Source of the DNA: Octopus sinensis | Taxonomy: Eukaryota | Assembly (NCBI RefSeq): GCF_006345805.1 | Contig: NC_042999.1 | Span: 120,590,001 to 120,654,000 of the forward strand | Direction of reading: 5' to 3' | DNA length: 64,000 nucleotides | Translations under genes and position numbers: made by a program | Shown: positions 12,749-26,399 of the stretch, one piece after another | Layout: every line of letters begins with the position of its first letter | Position numbering within the stretch: position 1 is the stretch's first letter | Notes under the pieces: generated by a model | The model's database searches: none | What the model was told of the DNA's origin: nothing | Seen by the model: the letters and a program-made list of their open reading frames with translations, nothing else

Positions 12749-12868
12749 CTTCTGTGTTCCGGAAGCTCGAAAAATTATCAGTGGTATAGAAAGCTGCAAG
12801 ACCGACGCAAACAAGTTAAAATGCGTCGATGCAATAGTACGCCAGAATTGAAATTCCTGAAAATATAG
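12749..12868 (+). CDS. Candidate 120-nt exon encoding a Cys-bearing C-terminal segment (unit 1); upstream exon not identified
   Basis: cag acceptor at 12747-48 and AG|GTAATA donor at 12868. Phase-2 frame FCVPEARKIISGIESCKTDANKLKCVDAIVRQN* (stop 12849-51). Same sites, length and three Cys at 60958-61077. Confidence 0.5.
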   Translation, partial: LLCSGSSKNYQWYRKLQDRRKQVKMRRCNSTPELKFLKI

Positions 12869-14838
12869 GTAATAATGCTGGTTTTAATATAGTTGTAATT
12901 TAATGCAACACAATATATCACATTTAGAAAGACCTACTATTATTAACATGTTTATGTATTTATCAGACATAGAAGGGATTACCTTTTGAGCAACACCGAG
13001 ATTACTTGGAAAGTTAGTATTAGAAGAGACCTAATGTGGAATCTTACAGTAAGCTTTGTTATTGGCGTCCATCAGCTACGCATAGGATCCACCCCTCACC
13101 ACCACCAACAGATATTTAAACAATTCCTGTTACCCTATTTTAACTTACAAGAATTTAGCCGGTGAAAGTCAACAGCAGAAGACACTTGCCTAAGGTACTG
13201 CGATGTGATACCGAATCTGGAATCCTGTAGATACGAATCAAACTTGCTAACCATACAACTATGCCCGTGCTCACTTATAATAAAATGCAATTCTTTATCT
13301 TAAAAACATACAACTGTTTTTCAATTGTTTATACAACATTATTTACGAGCTATAATTGAAACTCTTATCTCAGAGGAGAAAATATATATTTATCGTTTAA
13401 CAAAAATTGCAATGCCTGCTATATGATTATATATTCTTAGATTTAATCTGTACTGTCTAGAAAATACATTGGATATTCTTACCCCTGTCACGCACGAATA
13501 CAAATTAACTTCCAATTGCCATTTTTTGATGAACAATTAATTTGTATATAAAACGATGAAATATTTCCTGCTCAATCATTTATGTATTTATCGTTTACTC
13601 TTTTTACAGGTTCTTTTGTCACTCAATGGAGTGTAGGCTACACTTAAGTGATCAATAAACCGGAACTTATAAAGCGCAATGTGTTTTGTTATATATAATT
13701 TCATAACCTTAATGTAAGTGTGCAGAATGTGTATTAAAAACGCTGTATAGTTCGATTATCCAAGTTCGGTTATCCAATTTTACTACCGAATCTTCCAGCA
13801 TATATGTAAACTTGTGTAAATATTCAAACATAGTCACTATCTTTCCAGATACCACTGCTTTCTGCATTTAATTTTCAATCCTCAAAAGTCCTCTTAGTTT
13901 ATTAACTATCAAACCTTTTTAGCTAAACGTTCTCGTCTGAAATACTTTATTTGTATGGCAAAAAAATATAATTTTGTATGTCTTATTAGAATACTGTTAA
14001 AATTTCCTGGTGCACTAGTTTTTGCCATATTCATTTCAAAACTGCTTAACAGAATCCCTGTTTAGAAAAAATTATAATTATAAAAATGTATGTCCATCAG
14101 AAAATAATTAGTAAAAATAGTAAAATTAGTAAAAAGTCTCGTGTAGCTTTGAAGTTCATTTCTCGTTGATATGCTTATTATTCACGTTGATATGATTATT
14201 TAGTATAAATATTTCCTCAGTCACTCCCTAGAACAGCGTACGAGAGTGCTTTATGGTTATCTAAGTTACTAAAACCACCAGGTTGGTATTAGTATGGATA
14301 CTAAAGATATTCGTTATGTGAAAAAATATTCACAGTGTTGTGTCCCGACATTTAGCTATAAGGTCACAAAAGCTGCTCTTATAATTTTGATCCATGTTCC
14401 CATGAGATTTATATCGATAGTAACTTGATTATTAGTGTTTACTGAAGAAATAAACGTCTGCTATGTACTGCATTGTAGAATATATAACACACACTTGTAC
14501 ATTTGCTCACACACATACATACATACACAAACACAAACACACACACACACATACATGTATATATGAGTGAACAAGAAAGAGATAGAGAGAGACGTCCAGA
14601 CGGAAAATGATAAAGGAATTCGAAAAACTGTTGGTAGCAAATTGCATGCAAGGGATTTGCGTGAATAAAAATTTTATGCACAGAACCAAGAGTTCTGTGC
14701 ATAATGTGTATCATGTGGAACAATTTTTACAGATATCTATACTATTAATTCAGGATATTAAATACAAGAGGTAGTGCTGAGTAAGATATGTGTGTGTGTG
14801 TGATTGTATGCGCGTGTTTGTGCTTGAGAGAGTGTTTG

Positions 14839-14870
14839 CGAAGAGCTGCATGTATATGTGTGTATGTATG

Positions 14871-14929
<59 letters not shown>

Positions 14930-15242
14930 CATACACACATACACACATATACATGCAGCTCTTCGTAATCCGTAATGAAATAAATGTTTCTAAGTTTCTC
15001 TCTTTCTCTCTCTTTCTCTTTCTCTCTCTCCTCTCTCTCTCTCTCTCTATATATATTATATATATATATATAATATATATATGTTTGTATACGTACTTGT
15101 GTACATTTATACATAATTAACTCCGCAAATCCTGAGTAAAATTTTAGACCGTAAATATATATATATATATATTTACGGTCTAAAATTTTACTCAGGATTT
15201 GCGGAGTTAATTATGTATAAATGTACACAAGTACGTATACAA

Positions 15243-15308
<66 letters not shown>

Positions 15309-15373
15309 GGAGAGAGAAAGAGAAAGAGAGAGAAAGAGAGAAACTTAGAAACATTTATCTCAATTACGGATTA
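14839..15373. repeat. Two adjacent palindromes, each centred on a (TA)n run
   Basis: 14839-14965 (cgaagagctgcatgtatatgtgtg ... cacacatatacatgcagctcttcg) and 14966-15373 (~200 bp arms around the TA run at 15155-15172). Confidence 0.9.
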
Positions 15374-16201
15374 ACTGTCACTGAAATTATCACTGGAAAT
15401 TAGATCAATAATAGAGACGTTGATCTATGAAACTAAGCAAGGAATTTTGTGTCCGGTGCTGTTGCTGTATTTATATTATATATTCAAACCTTGGATTAAA
15501 TTAGTAACAAACCTTTAAATGCAGGTGAACAGAAATTGGCTTACTTCAGAGCAATGTAGACGCTTCTTGAATTTTAACAAGACATTCTTCAGGGTCTCAA
15601 TACCTGTGAGAAATAAACGACAGCACACATTACAACAGTAGCTTAACGTTTCGGCAAAGGATACGTTCGATAATGTAACAAAATCTTAAACAAACCTAAA
15701 AAGACGTGATCTAGAGATGACCAAGAACATCGTATTTTACGCATTAAAAATACAGGGCTTACTTTCTTCTTTATATTTTATATTTCTAACATTTTCTCGT
15801 ATTTCAAAGTTTTATATATACATACACTCAAAACACTCATTATCACTATGGACCCCGTGTGGGCAGTCATCTAAAGGTTTTTGTTCGTCATGATGCTGAC
15901 ATAAGTACCTTGTCTTTCCTGATGAGAAGGCGGCATAATGCACCCTTTCTTCCTTCGGAATTAAGAATATGCAGTCATCGAAACATATGTCGAGAATAAA
16001 GGAATTTTGTTAAATCGTCGTTCGACTCCATTCTTTCATTTATTTATAGTAAACAAAATACACTCATATATATATATATATATATAATATATATATATAT
16101 ATATAACGGGAAGCTTTATGAAAATAAACAAAAGACGAAGGCAGGTGGAAACAACGAACAATTGTATTAGTATGGCGCTCAGGAAATATAAATAAAACAA
16201 G

Positions 16202-16239
16202 TCTTTAACGTTTCGAGCCTACGCTCTTCAACAGAAAGA
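16202..16239 (-). ncRNA. Minimal hammerhead-like motif (Penelope-type), variant core CUGUUGA
   Basis: Minus strand: tcttt CTGTTGA a gagc-gtag-gctc GAAA cgtt aaaga. Stems I and II pair; A6 is replaced by U. Confidence 0.5.
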
Positions 16240-16335
16240 TACACAGAGAACGAGAAAAACACAGAAAGAAGGAGAGAAAAAAAGGAGAGAAAAAAAAAAA
16301 AAAATGCGTGCAGTAGCTAACGAATCAACATGGCG

Positions 16336-16361
<26 letters not shown>

Positions 16362-16369
<8 letters not shown>

Positions 16370-17482
16370 ATTAGGGCTTAGTAAAATAAATTACTTGCCA
16401 CATACTGAACTTAGTAGAAATAGCAGCCCAAAAAATTTTTTTAGCCATTTCTACTACTTAAAGAAAATTTCTCTCAGATAATGCTTACTCCGACAGCTCA
16501 CGAAGGTTTGGAGGTAAATACAGAAAAATATCACAAGTACATAGATCGTTTGAGTACGTCAACGTTTCAAGGTTAGCCAAATAAAATCAGCATTTCTTTC
16601 GTCAGCTCAAAATTTCTTAATTTGGATTTGGAAACACTAAAAAGAAGGAACTTTACCTATCAACGAACTTGTCGCTTCAGATGAACCACTCCAACTAACA
16701 GTATCAACAAATTCAAAATGCGCAGGCGTAAATCTCTGCACTCCCCTTCCACCCACGTGGTCTATCCAGCAAACATTATATTTTAACCGCGAGAACCGAG
16801 GCAGTATGACCGAGAGAAATGAATTATAATATCAACAATTGAGGGTAAAATTAATTAATTAATCAATTTCACCAAGTGTTCAGTATGTAAAAGGACCATT
16901 TAAGGCGAATTCAAAATATTACATTATATAATTAAGGCTTAGTAAAATAAATTACTTTGCCACATACTGAACTTAGTAGAAATAGCAGCCAAAAAAAAAT
17001 TTTTTTAGCCATTTCTACTACTTAAAGAAAATTTCTCTCAGATAATGCTTACTCCAGACAGCTCACGAAGGTTTGGAGGTAAATACAGAAAAATATCACA
17101 AGTACATAGATCGTTTGAGTACGTCAACGTTTCAAGGTTAGCCAAATAAAATCAGCATTTCTTTCGTCAGCTCAAAATTTCTTAATTTGGATTTGGAAAC
17201 ACTAAAATGAAGGAACTTTACCTATCAACGAACTTGTCGCTTCAGATGAACCACTCCAACTAACAGTATCAACAAATTCAAAATGCGCAGGCGTAAATCT
17301 CTGCACTCCCCTTCCACCCACGTGGTCTATCCAGCAAACATTATATTTTAACCGCGAGAACCGAGGCAGTATGACCGAGAGAAATGAATTATAATATCAA
17401 CAATTGAGGGTAAAATTAATTAATTAATCAATTTCACCAAGTGTTCAGTATGTAAAAGGACCATTTAAGGCGAATTCAAAAT
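16362..17482. repeat. Two near-identical tandem copies of a ~561 bp dispersed repeat
   Basis: ttagggcttagtaaaataaattact at 16371 recurs at 16932. Confidence 0.9.
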
Positions 17483-17680
17483 AATTAATTGTTATCGCCA
17501 TATTAATATGGCATTCTTATAGATATAAGAATAATCGCTGCCGCTGGTCAGCTCCATGAGGCCACCGCCTTAAGATAGCTATTGATACACGATCTGTATC
17601 CATTATAACCTTCGAACAGCGGCAGCGATTATTCTTATATCTATAAGAATGCCATATTAATATGACGATAACAATTAATT
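17483..17680. mobile_element. MITE-like element with ~60 bp terminal inverted repeats
   Basis: aattaattgttatcgccatattaatatggcattcttatagatataagaataatcgctgccgctg is mirrored at 17620-17680 around a non-repetitive core. Confidence 0.65.
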
Positions 17681-17960
17681 TCCAGTAAACGCTGCCGTAA
17701 TCTCTCTTATAGAGACTTAGTAATTTTAATATTTCTATTATATATATATATATCATATATATATATAATATATATATATATTTATATATGTACATAAATA
17801 TGCATATATATACATATATATATATGTATATACATAATAATAATAGTAATAGTAATAATAATAATAATATATAATAATAATAATAATAATAATAAATAAT
17901 AATAATAGTAATAATAATAGTAATAATAATAGAAATAATAATAATAATAATAATAATAAC

Positions 17961-17995
<35 letters not shown>

Positions 17996-18780
17996 GCTCA
18001 AGATCAATGCCTACCTACAAGGAACTACCAAGCCAACGTAATAAAGAACGACAGTAGCTCAACATGTCGTGTATGTCAACAACAAAATGAAACCATTGAT
18101 CATCTTGTCTCCAAGTGCAGTCTCCTTGCGCCTACAGAGTATCTCAACAGGCATGATAGAGCTGCACAATATATTCACTGGGTAATTTGCAAAAGCCTGG
18201 ACTTGTTACATAATAAAACTGGTGGGAACACAACCATCTCCAGTGCTTGAAAATGATCACATCTCACTCCTCTGGAACTTCACCGTTCAAAATGACAGAA
18301 AGACAGATGCGAATAGGTCAGACAACATATTGAAAGACTGCAGACAAAAATCATGACTTCTCATTGATATCACTGTCCCAATCGATAAAAACGTATCTGT
18401 CAAAACCTACCAAAAACTGAGCAGATCTTGAAATAGAAATTAGTAAAATGAGGAACCTGAAGACTAAAACAATACCTGTTGTCATAGGTGCCCTGGGAAT
18501 GATAGCGAAAGGGGCTGATTGCTACGAAGCTCACATACCAGGAAACCCAAAAATGGCAGAAATTTAAAAGATAGTGCTCATGGGAACTGCTCATATCCTA
18601 CGCAAGATATGTAATCTCAAGTTATAAAACAAACATAATTTTCTTATGGTTTCTTAAATCTTTTCTAGCAGAGTACTATGTACAGAACCAAATATATATC
18701 ACCCTAGGCATAACACCAACATGAACCTCCAACTTGCTGTCTCTTGAGGTCTCTGTGTTAGACTTCGAGCCAATTTGTAC
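17996..18780 (+). mobile_element. 3' fragment of an R4/Dong-type LINE (subfamily B) within (TAA)n
   Basis: Translates AQDQCLPTRNYQ...CRVCQQQNETIDHLVSKC...RHD (CCHC knuckle) plus degenerate endonuclease region; TAA arrays on both sides. Confidence 0.85.
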
Positions 18781-18816
<36 letters not shown>

Positions 18817-18831
18817 GTAATAGTAATAGTA

Positions 18832-18876
<45 letters not shown>

Positions 18877-19142
18877 TTATGGAATATAATTCGAAACTTA
18901 CAGGGAAAAATTCAATTTAGAAATACGAAATCAAATTTCCCAAAATAAAATACAATATAATAGATATATATAAATATAAATTAGAAATAAACCACCTTTT
19001 ATCAATTCAACAATGACAAAATTTAATTATACCATATAGAAAAAATTACATCCTATAGAAAAAATTAAATATATGATAAAAACATATATCAATGATTAAG
19101 TAACGTACAAAATAATAATTAAAACATAAATATTTGGAAAAA

Positions 19143-19228
19143 TTACTCTACGTGTTTCGTGGTTATATTTAAGGACTGATAACAGCAAAGACAATTCAAT
19201 TTAAATATAGCCACTCCTCAGGTCAAAG
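19143..19228 (-). ncRNA. Hammerhead-like motif with intact catalytic core and long stem II
   Basis: Minus strand: CTGAGGA, GTGGCTATATTTAA...TTAAATATAACCAC (13/14 pairs), GAAAC-AC-GTA. Stem I pairs poorly. Confidence 0.55.
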
Positions 19229-19411
19229 ATAAAAACAATAAACTAATTAAATAAATAAATATACATATTATTCTTGTAAAATACGAAATATCCTAACAAA
19301 TATATTCTGCTGTAAATATAAATAAAATAAATAAGTATAAATAATTCTTATATCTATAAAAATTAAATTTTTAACTTATATAATGAAAGAATAACAAATA
19401 TATATACACAA

Positions 19412-19444
<33 letters not shown>

Positions 19445-19507
19445 CATCTATATGAATACATGTATATGTGTGTGTATGTTTATTTACATATGTATTTATA
19501 TATATGT

Positions 19508-19553
<46 letters not shown>

Positions 19554-19584
19554 CATGTATCTGTGTTGGTGGGTGGGTGGTGCG

Positions 19585-19629
<45 letters not shown>

Positions 19630-19858
19630 AATTCAATCATAGTTATATTGAGATTCAAAAAACTTACCAACTCGTAGGTTCTTATCGGAAATCTCCTTTA
19701 TCAGGTGTGAATGCCAGAAGACATAGAATGGCTCTACAATCCCACAAAACTTTAAAGTGTCAAGATTCCAGCCCAGATATTATTGAATGATATATTTAGG
19801 TTAAACCAAATCCGGTGAGTGCCACTTTTGTTTGTTTATGCACTCATTTGCGTGTGTG

Positions 19859-19863
<5 letters not shown>

Positions 19864-19938
<75 letters not shown>

Positions 19939-19958
19939 TAATAATAATAATAATAATA

Positions 19959-20000
<42 letters not shown>
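19864..20000. repeat. (TAA)n microsatellite, 5' flank of the LINE
   Basis: Direct reading; one of many microsatellites in the window. Confidence 0.95.
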
Positions 20001-20001
<1 letters not shown>

Positions 20002-23000
20002 CCACCGATACTATTCAACCCAAGAATAACAATCGAGCGGTACGTACATTAAACCTACAACAAAAAATGTACGAAAAACTACACGTGCGAAATAATGTGA
20101 CAACAGAAATAAACGGACCAGTACCCTACGAAAATGACGATCGTCAAAATAATGGGCCGGACGTTGTACCTCATGTCCCGCAAATAAAACCCAAAAGACG
20201 TAAATGGACACGTGAGGAATACATTTCTATCTTACACGCATACTTCACAGCAGTACTCTACCCAAAAAATGAAAATACAACAACACATACATATAAAATA
20301 TGGAAGGAAAATAATAGATATTTAGACTTGGATACAGCAATGAACCCTAATAAATTAGCTAACGTACGAAGATACATTCTCAACACAAACAAAATATCAG
20401 AAATAGAAATAGAACACATAAAAGAAAACATACACCAGGAAAATGTAGATAGAAGCCACACAACAATGCCCAATAATATAAACACTGAAACTGTAAAACA
20501 CGAAGACAAATGCAACATTCCCAACAAACACGATGTAAACAACGAAGGGGAGCCTAATGATTATGATAATATAAAAAATAAAATAATCAAAGAACTAAAA
20601 ACCACAGAGCTCAAAATGGACCACCGACCATACCTCCCAAGAATAAAAATAAACGCAATAACAACACCAATTATAAACAACATAAACCTAGCCGTCACTG
20701 AACTAGCCACTGAAACAAAAAAAAGTGATATCACTGAACTAAATGACTTGATATACGCAGCAGCCACTGCAGCCACAAAAGAAGCTGGATACTCAACCAA
20801 ACCCGCCCAAACAGGAGTACCACCACCCAAACAAACCCTGTGGATAAATAACATCCAAAACAAAATTTAAAAAATTAGAAAAGACCTGTCGATTCTTAAT
20901 GAAATCAGCAAACAAGCAACGCTACTGAGCAACAAAAAGAGAACAAAAATGCTCTGCAAATATAACACCACAGAAAAAGATTTGCCGGAGATAAAAGAAA
21001 AGCTGAAGCAAGATATCCTTGCCAAAGCTCAAAGGATCCGCCGGTACGAGGAACGCCAACGCTTCTTTGAACAGAACAAAAAGTTCAACTCCGACCCCAA
21101 AAAGTTCTACCAAGAACTGGGCAAAAATAAAATAGAAGTCACTGCAGCACCAACGGCAGAAGAATTGGAAGAATTCTGGGGAGAAATATGGCCGGCGAAC
21201 GAACCACCAAAAAAAAGGAGTATCAAAATAACAAACTCGGCATCTGAACAAACTTGGACCCCCATAACAACTGAAGAGGTCACCCAGGCACTGCAAAGAC
21301 TAAGCAACTGGAAGGCACCTGGGCATGACAAGATCCCCAACTTCTGGTTGAAATATCTAACAGGAATGCACAAAAAGCTGGCTGAAAACTTTAACAACGT
21401 ACTAGCAGAGCCAGAGACAATGCCTGAATGGCTCACGAAGGGGAAAACCATCTTAATTCCCAAATCAAATGAAACAGAAAAACCAGAAAACTACAGACCA
21501 ATAACCTGCCTCCCTACTATGTTCAAGGCATTTACTGCAGTGATATCACAAAGGCTGAACAAGCACCTGGACGAAACCAAACTGTTCCCAGAAGAGCAGA
21601 AAGGATGCCGCAAAGGCTCATATGGCTGTAAAGATCAACTAATGATTAATAAAGCCATAACTGAAGACAGCCAGAGAAAGAAGAAAGGCCTCAGTATGGC
21701 CTGGATTGACTACAAAAGGCGTTTGATAGCATCCCCCACACATGGATCCTCGAAACACTAGCACCAACAATCATCAAATTGATAGAGCACTCTATGAATA
21801 AATGGCAAACAGTCCTACACCTCCAAACAAAAGAGGGACTCATGAAAACCAAAGACATCCCCATTAGAAGAGGAATATTCCAGGGAGATACGCTCTCTCC
21901 ACTCCTTTTCTGCTTGGCACTGTCACCTCTATCTGATATGCTAAATAGAATTGGATGCGGATATAAATGTTACGGCAAAACGATCAGCCACCTTTTATAT
22001 ATGGATGACCTAAAACTATACGCTGCAAATGACAAACAGCTGGAAACACTATTAAAGACAGTTCATGGATTTACCAAAGAAATAGATATGAAATTTGGAT
22101 TAGAAAAATGCGCCAAAGTAACCATGAAAAGAGGAAAACTAGTTAAGAGTAACAACATCACACTAGATGAAGCAAATGAAATAAAAGAATTAGACCAAAG
22201 CCAAACTTACAAATACTTAGGAATCCATGAACTAGATAAGACACAACACACACAAATGAAAGAGAAAATAAAAAAAGAATATTATAGACGAGTTAGATCA
22301 ATACTAAACACAGAGCTCAATGCTAAAAACAAGATAATAGGTATCAACACTTTAGCTGTCTCAGTTATAAGTTACAGCTACAATATCCTTAACTGGACAC
22401 GAAATGACTGACCAAAATAGACAGGAAAACAAGAAAAATAATGACAGGATCTTGGATGCATCACCAAAAATCTGACATAGAAAGACTATATATACAACGT
22501 ATAGAAGGTGGTAGAGGCCTTATACAGCTGGAAAACTACTATAAAATAACCACCATAGGACTGCAAAAATATCTACTTCAGAAGGAAGGAAAACTGATCC
22601 AGATAGCGGCAAAACACGAGCAAAACAAAAAACTGTTCTCAGTATTTAAGGAAGCTGACAAATACAAACAAGAAATCATACCACCTAATAAATATGAAAA
22701 AGAAGGAGATGAAGAAGATGAAGAAACAACAAAAGCTATAAAAAAATGAAATCCAAACTAAAAATAGAACAGCAACGAACCATGATAAAACGATGGCAAG
22801 AAAAACCCCTTCATGGTAAATACTGGACTAAACTAAACGCAAAAGAAATAGACAAAGAAAAATCCCAGCAATGGTTGAGAAGCTCAGGACTCAAAGCAGA
22901 AGCAGAGGGATTTTTAATTGCAGCACAAGACCAAAGCCTCCCCACCAGAAATTACCAAAAACATGTAATGAAAAGAAATATTACAAGTAACTGCAGAATA

Positions 23001-23661
23001 TGTGGAGATGGACAAGAAACAATAAATCATATTATCTCTAGCTGCCCAGTCCTGGCTAAGAAGGAATATATTCACAGACATGACAGAGTTGGAACTTACA
23101 TACATTGGAAGCTATGCCAACATTATGGAATAACAACAGAAAAAAGATGGTATAGGCACACACCAGAAAAGGTCACAGAAAACGAGAAAGCAACCATACT
23201 CTGGGATATGCCGATACACACAGATAGAGAAATTAAGGCCAACAGACCAGATATAGTTGTCAGAGACCATGAAGAAAAAAAATGCTTTCTAATTGATGTA
23301 TCAGTACCGGCAGATGACAACGTGTCTCTAAAAGAAATGGAGAAACTCTCAAAATACAAAGACCTGGAAATAGAGGTAACCAGAATGTGGAATCTGAAAA
23401 CAGAAACAATTCCTATCATAGTAGGTGCATTAGGCATGATAAAAAAATATTCAGACAAATACATAACAAAAACACCAGGACTTACAAACACATATAACAT
23501 ACAGAAAATTGCACTACTAGGCACTGCACACATCCTACGCAGAACACTTTCCATACAATAACCATCAGAGCATCACAACAAATCACAGCACATACCCAAG
23601 GCACACAGAGCTGCGCTCGGTAGTGAAGTGAAAGCACGCTATAAAAATAAAAATAAAACTA

Positions 23662-23665
<4 letters not shown>
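20001..23665 (+). mobile_element. Near full-length R4/Dong-clade non-LTR retrotransposon (RT plus C-terminal restriction-like endonuclease) in (TAA)n
   Basis: RT motifs NWKAPGHDKI, YRPITCL, GIFQGDTLSP, HLLYMDDLKL, YKYLG; CCHC knuckle CRICGDGQETINHIISSC; RPDIV...LIDVSVP...K..KY endonuclease; TAA arrays on both sides. Confidence 0.92.
20067..23561 (+). pseudogene. Single long retrotransposon ORF broken by one nonsense codon and three 1-nt deletions
   Basis: In-frame TAA at 20868-70 (K-I-*-K-I-R); shifts near 21716 (DYK-aaaagg, expected KAFDS), 22405 (ND-LTKIDRK) and 22745 (A-run). Confidence 0.85.
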
Positions 23666-23692
<27 letters not shown>

Positions 23693-23695
<3 letters not shown>

Positions 23696-23975
23696 GGAAC
23701 TGCTCATATCCTACGTAAAATACTCTCTATGTAATCCCAAGGTTTAAAACAAACTTTTTTTTTATTTCTTATTTTTATTTTTATTTTCTATTTTTTATTT
23801 TTTTATTTATTTATTTTTTATATATTAGACATTCACTAGTACAACACCAAAAAAACAAACAAACAAAAAACCCAAATATATGGCACAGAACTTCCAACCT
23901 GTTGTCTCTTGAGGTCTCTGGGTGAGACTTGGAGCCAACTTGTACAGACATAAAGCAAAAGTCAAACATAGAATA
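23693..23975 (+). mobile_element. Short 3' end of Dong-type subfamily B
   Basis: gggaactgctcatatcctacg ... gtctcttgaggtctctg ... gagccaa matches 18582-18775; TAA repeats on both sides. Confidence 0.8.
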
Positions 23976-24249
23976 ATAATAATAATAAAAGTGACTACAA
24001 AAGAATGGAACCTCGATAATAGATAAATAGAATGGAACCTCGATAATAGTTAAATAGAGGATTATTTACGTATATTCTAATTTTAAACAAACAGTAAGTT
24101 GTCATTATAGTACTCGGTGTTTCGAACGGTAGAGTGATGAGCTAACATGCATTCTCGTTGGCTGTTAATGGCAACTCCGATTACTATAATGACAACATAC
24201 TGTTTCTTCTAAGTTACAACACACACACACATATATATATATATTTATA

Positions 24250-26245
24250 TAAAAATGGTAAATAATTTTCCTGTGGATTTTCATGTAACCAACAATTATT
24301 TACCGGTAAACTTCGGTATGTAAATACGACAAATTAATTGTCAGGACCTTTGTAAGGTTCAGTATATAGTAAAGAAAGAAAATAAGGTGGGTGGCTGCAG
24401 TAGGCTGTTTCACCTCATACCGAAGGAATTAGAAATGGCAGTCAAAGACCGTTTTTTCCATTTTATAAGTGGAGATTCCAAAAACGAAGAGGCCCTTACG
24501 GCTCACATACACAAAATCGGAGTGGCAAATATACGAAGGCTCACTTACCGTTAATAGCGAACACCGTGTTTCTGGATCACAAACATATAAAAAAAAGGGA
24601 GTTTGAATTCCGTCGTCAGCGCTATTTCGATAGCTTTACCAATGCCACCAGCCCTCACTTCTGACCCAGCGACATCAGATAGTGGGGGGAAGTGCGCAGA
24701 TGTTAAAACCAAGTAACGACTGGGAACGTAATTTTCCCTCCAAAATTCTGCCATGCGCGCCTTGGGTAATCGTAATGGAATGAGGAATCCACATGGTAAT
24801 GCAATAAAAATGGTAATAATTTTCTGTGGTTTTTCATGTAACCAACAATTATTTACCGGTAAACTTCGGTATGTAAATACGACAAATTAATTGTCAGGAC
24901 CTTTGTAAGGTTCAGTATATAGTAAAGAAAGAAAATAAGGTGGCTAGCAGTAGGCTGTTTCACCTCATACCGAAGGAATTAGAAATGGCGTCGAGACCGT
25001 TTTTCCATTTCTATAAGTGGAGATTCCAAAAACGAAGGCCCTTACGGCTCACATACAAAATCGAGTGGCAAATATACGAAGGCAGTCACTTACCGTAATA
25101 GCGAACACCGTGTTTCTGGATCACAAACATATAAAAAAAAGGGAGTTTGAATTCCGTCGTCAGCGCTATATTCGATAGCTTTACCAAATGCCACCAGCCC
25201 TCACTTCTGACCCAGCGACATCAGATAGGGGGGAAGTGCGCAGATGTTAAAACCAAGTAACGATGGAACGTAAATTTTCCCTCCAAAATTCTGCCATGCG
25301 CGCCTTCTGGGTAATCGTAATGGAATGAGGAATCCACATGGTAATGCAATAAAAATGGTAAATAATTTTCCTGTGGTTTTTCATGTAACCAACAATTATT
25401 TACCGGTAAACTTCGGTATGTAAATACGACAAATTAATTGTCAGGACCTTTGTAAGGTTCAGTATATAGTAAAGAAAGAAAATAAGGTCAGAAGTGAGGG
25501 CTGGTGGCATTTGGTAAAACTATCGAATATAGCGCTGACGACGGAATTCAAACTCCCTTTTTTTATATGTTTGTGATCCAGAAACACGGTGTTCGCTATT
25601 AACGGTAAGTGACTGCCTTCGTATATTTGCCACTCCGATTTTGTGTATGTGAGCCGTAAGGGCATTCGTTTTTGGAATCTCCACTTATAGAAATGGAAAA
25701 AACGGTCTTTGACTGCCATTTCTAATTCCTTCGGTATGAGGTGAAACAGCCTACTGCTAGCCACCTTATTTTCTTTCTTTACTATATACTGAACCTTACA
25801 AAGGTCCTGACAATTAATTTGTCGTATTTACATACCGAAGTTTACCGGTAAATAATTGTTGGTTACATGAAAAACCACAGGAAAATTATTTACCATTTTT
25901 ATTGCATTACCATGTGGATTCCTCATTCCATTACGATTACCCAGAAGGCGCGCATGGCAGAATTTTGGAGGGAAAATTTACGTTCCCAGTCGTTACTTGG
26001 TTTTAACATCTGCGCACTTCCCCCCACTATCTGATGTCGCTGGGTCAGAAGTGAGGGCTGGTGGCATTTGGTAAAGCTATCGAATATAGCGCTGACGACG
26101 GAATTCAAACTCCCTTTTTTTATATGTTTGTGATCCAGAAACACGGTGTTCGCTATTAACGGTAAGTGACTGCCTTCGTATATTTGCCACTCCGATTTTG
26201 TGTATGTGAGCCGTAAGGGCCTTCGTTTTTGGAATCTCCACTTAT
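24250..26245. repeat. ~550 bp unit repeated ~2.25 times in tandem, then ~1.5 times inverted
   Basis: Unit starts at 24251, 24807 and 25351; abrupt strand switch at ~25487; bounded by (TA)n. Confidence 0.9.
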
Positions 26246-26280
26246 ATATATTTACATATATATATATATATGTATGTATG

Positions 26281-26313
<33 letters not shown>

Positions 26314-26399
26314 GTATGTATATATATATATATATATACACACATATGTATATATATATGTCTGTATATATGTATGCATACATATATACGATATATGCA

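Larger units (their letters stand above)
3120..14790. repeat. Segmental duplication unit 1 (carries peptide gene copy 1); approximate boundaries
   Basis: Collinear homology: 3125-4400 with 44925-46240; 4530-5500 with 43950-44900 and 48190-49150; 6300-6800 with 33100-33550 and 52030-52500; 9860-10850 with 35150-36150 and 56000-57020; 11690-14790 with 36400-39190 and 57090-63630. Confidence 0.85.

Noticed and set aside
16362-26245. Tandem repeat blocks as CRISPR-like or functional arrays
   Set aside because: Units are ~550-560 bp whole-unit copies with no repeat-spacer structure, in a eukaryotic context.
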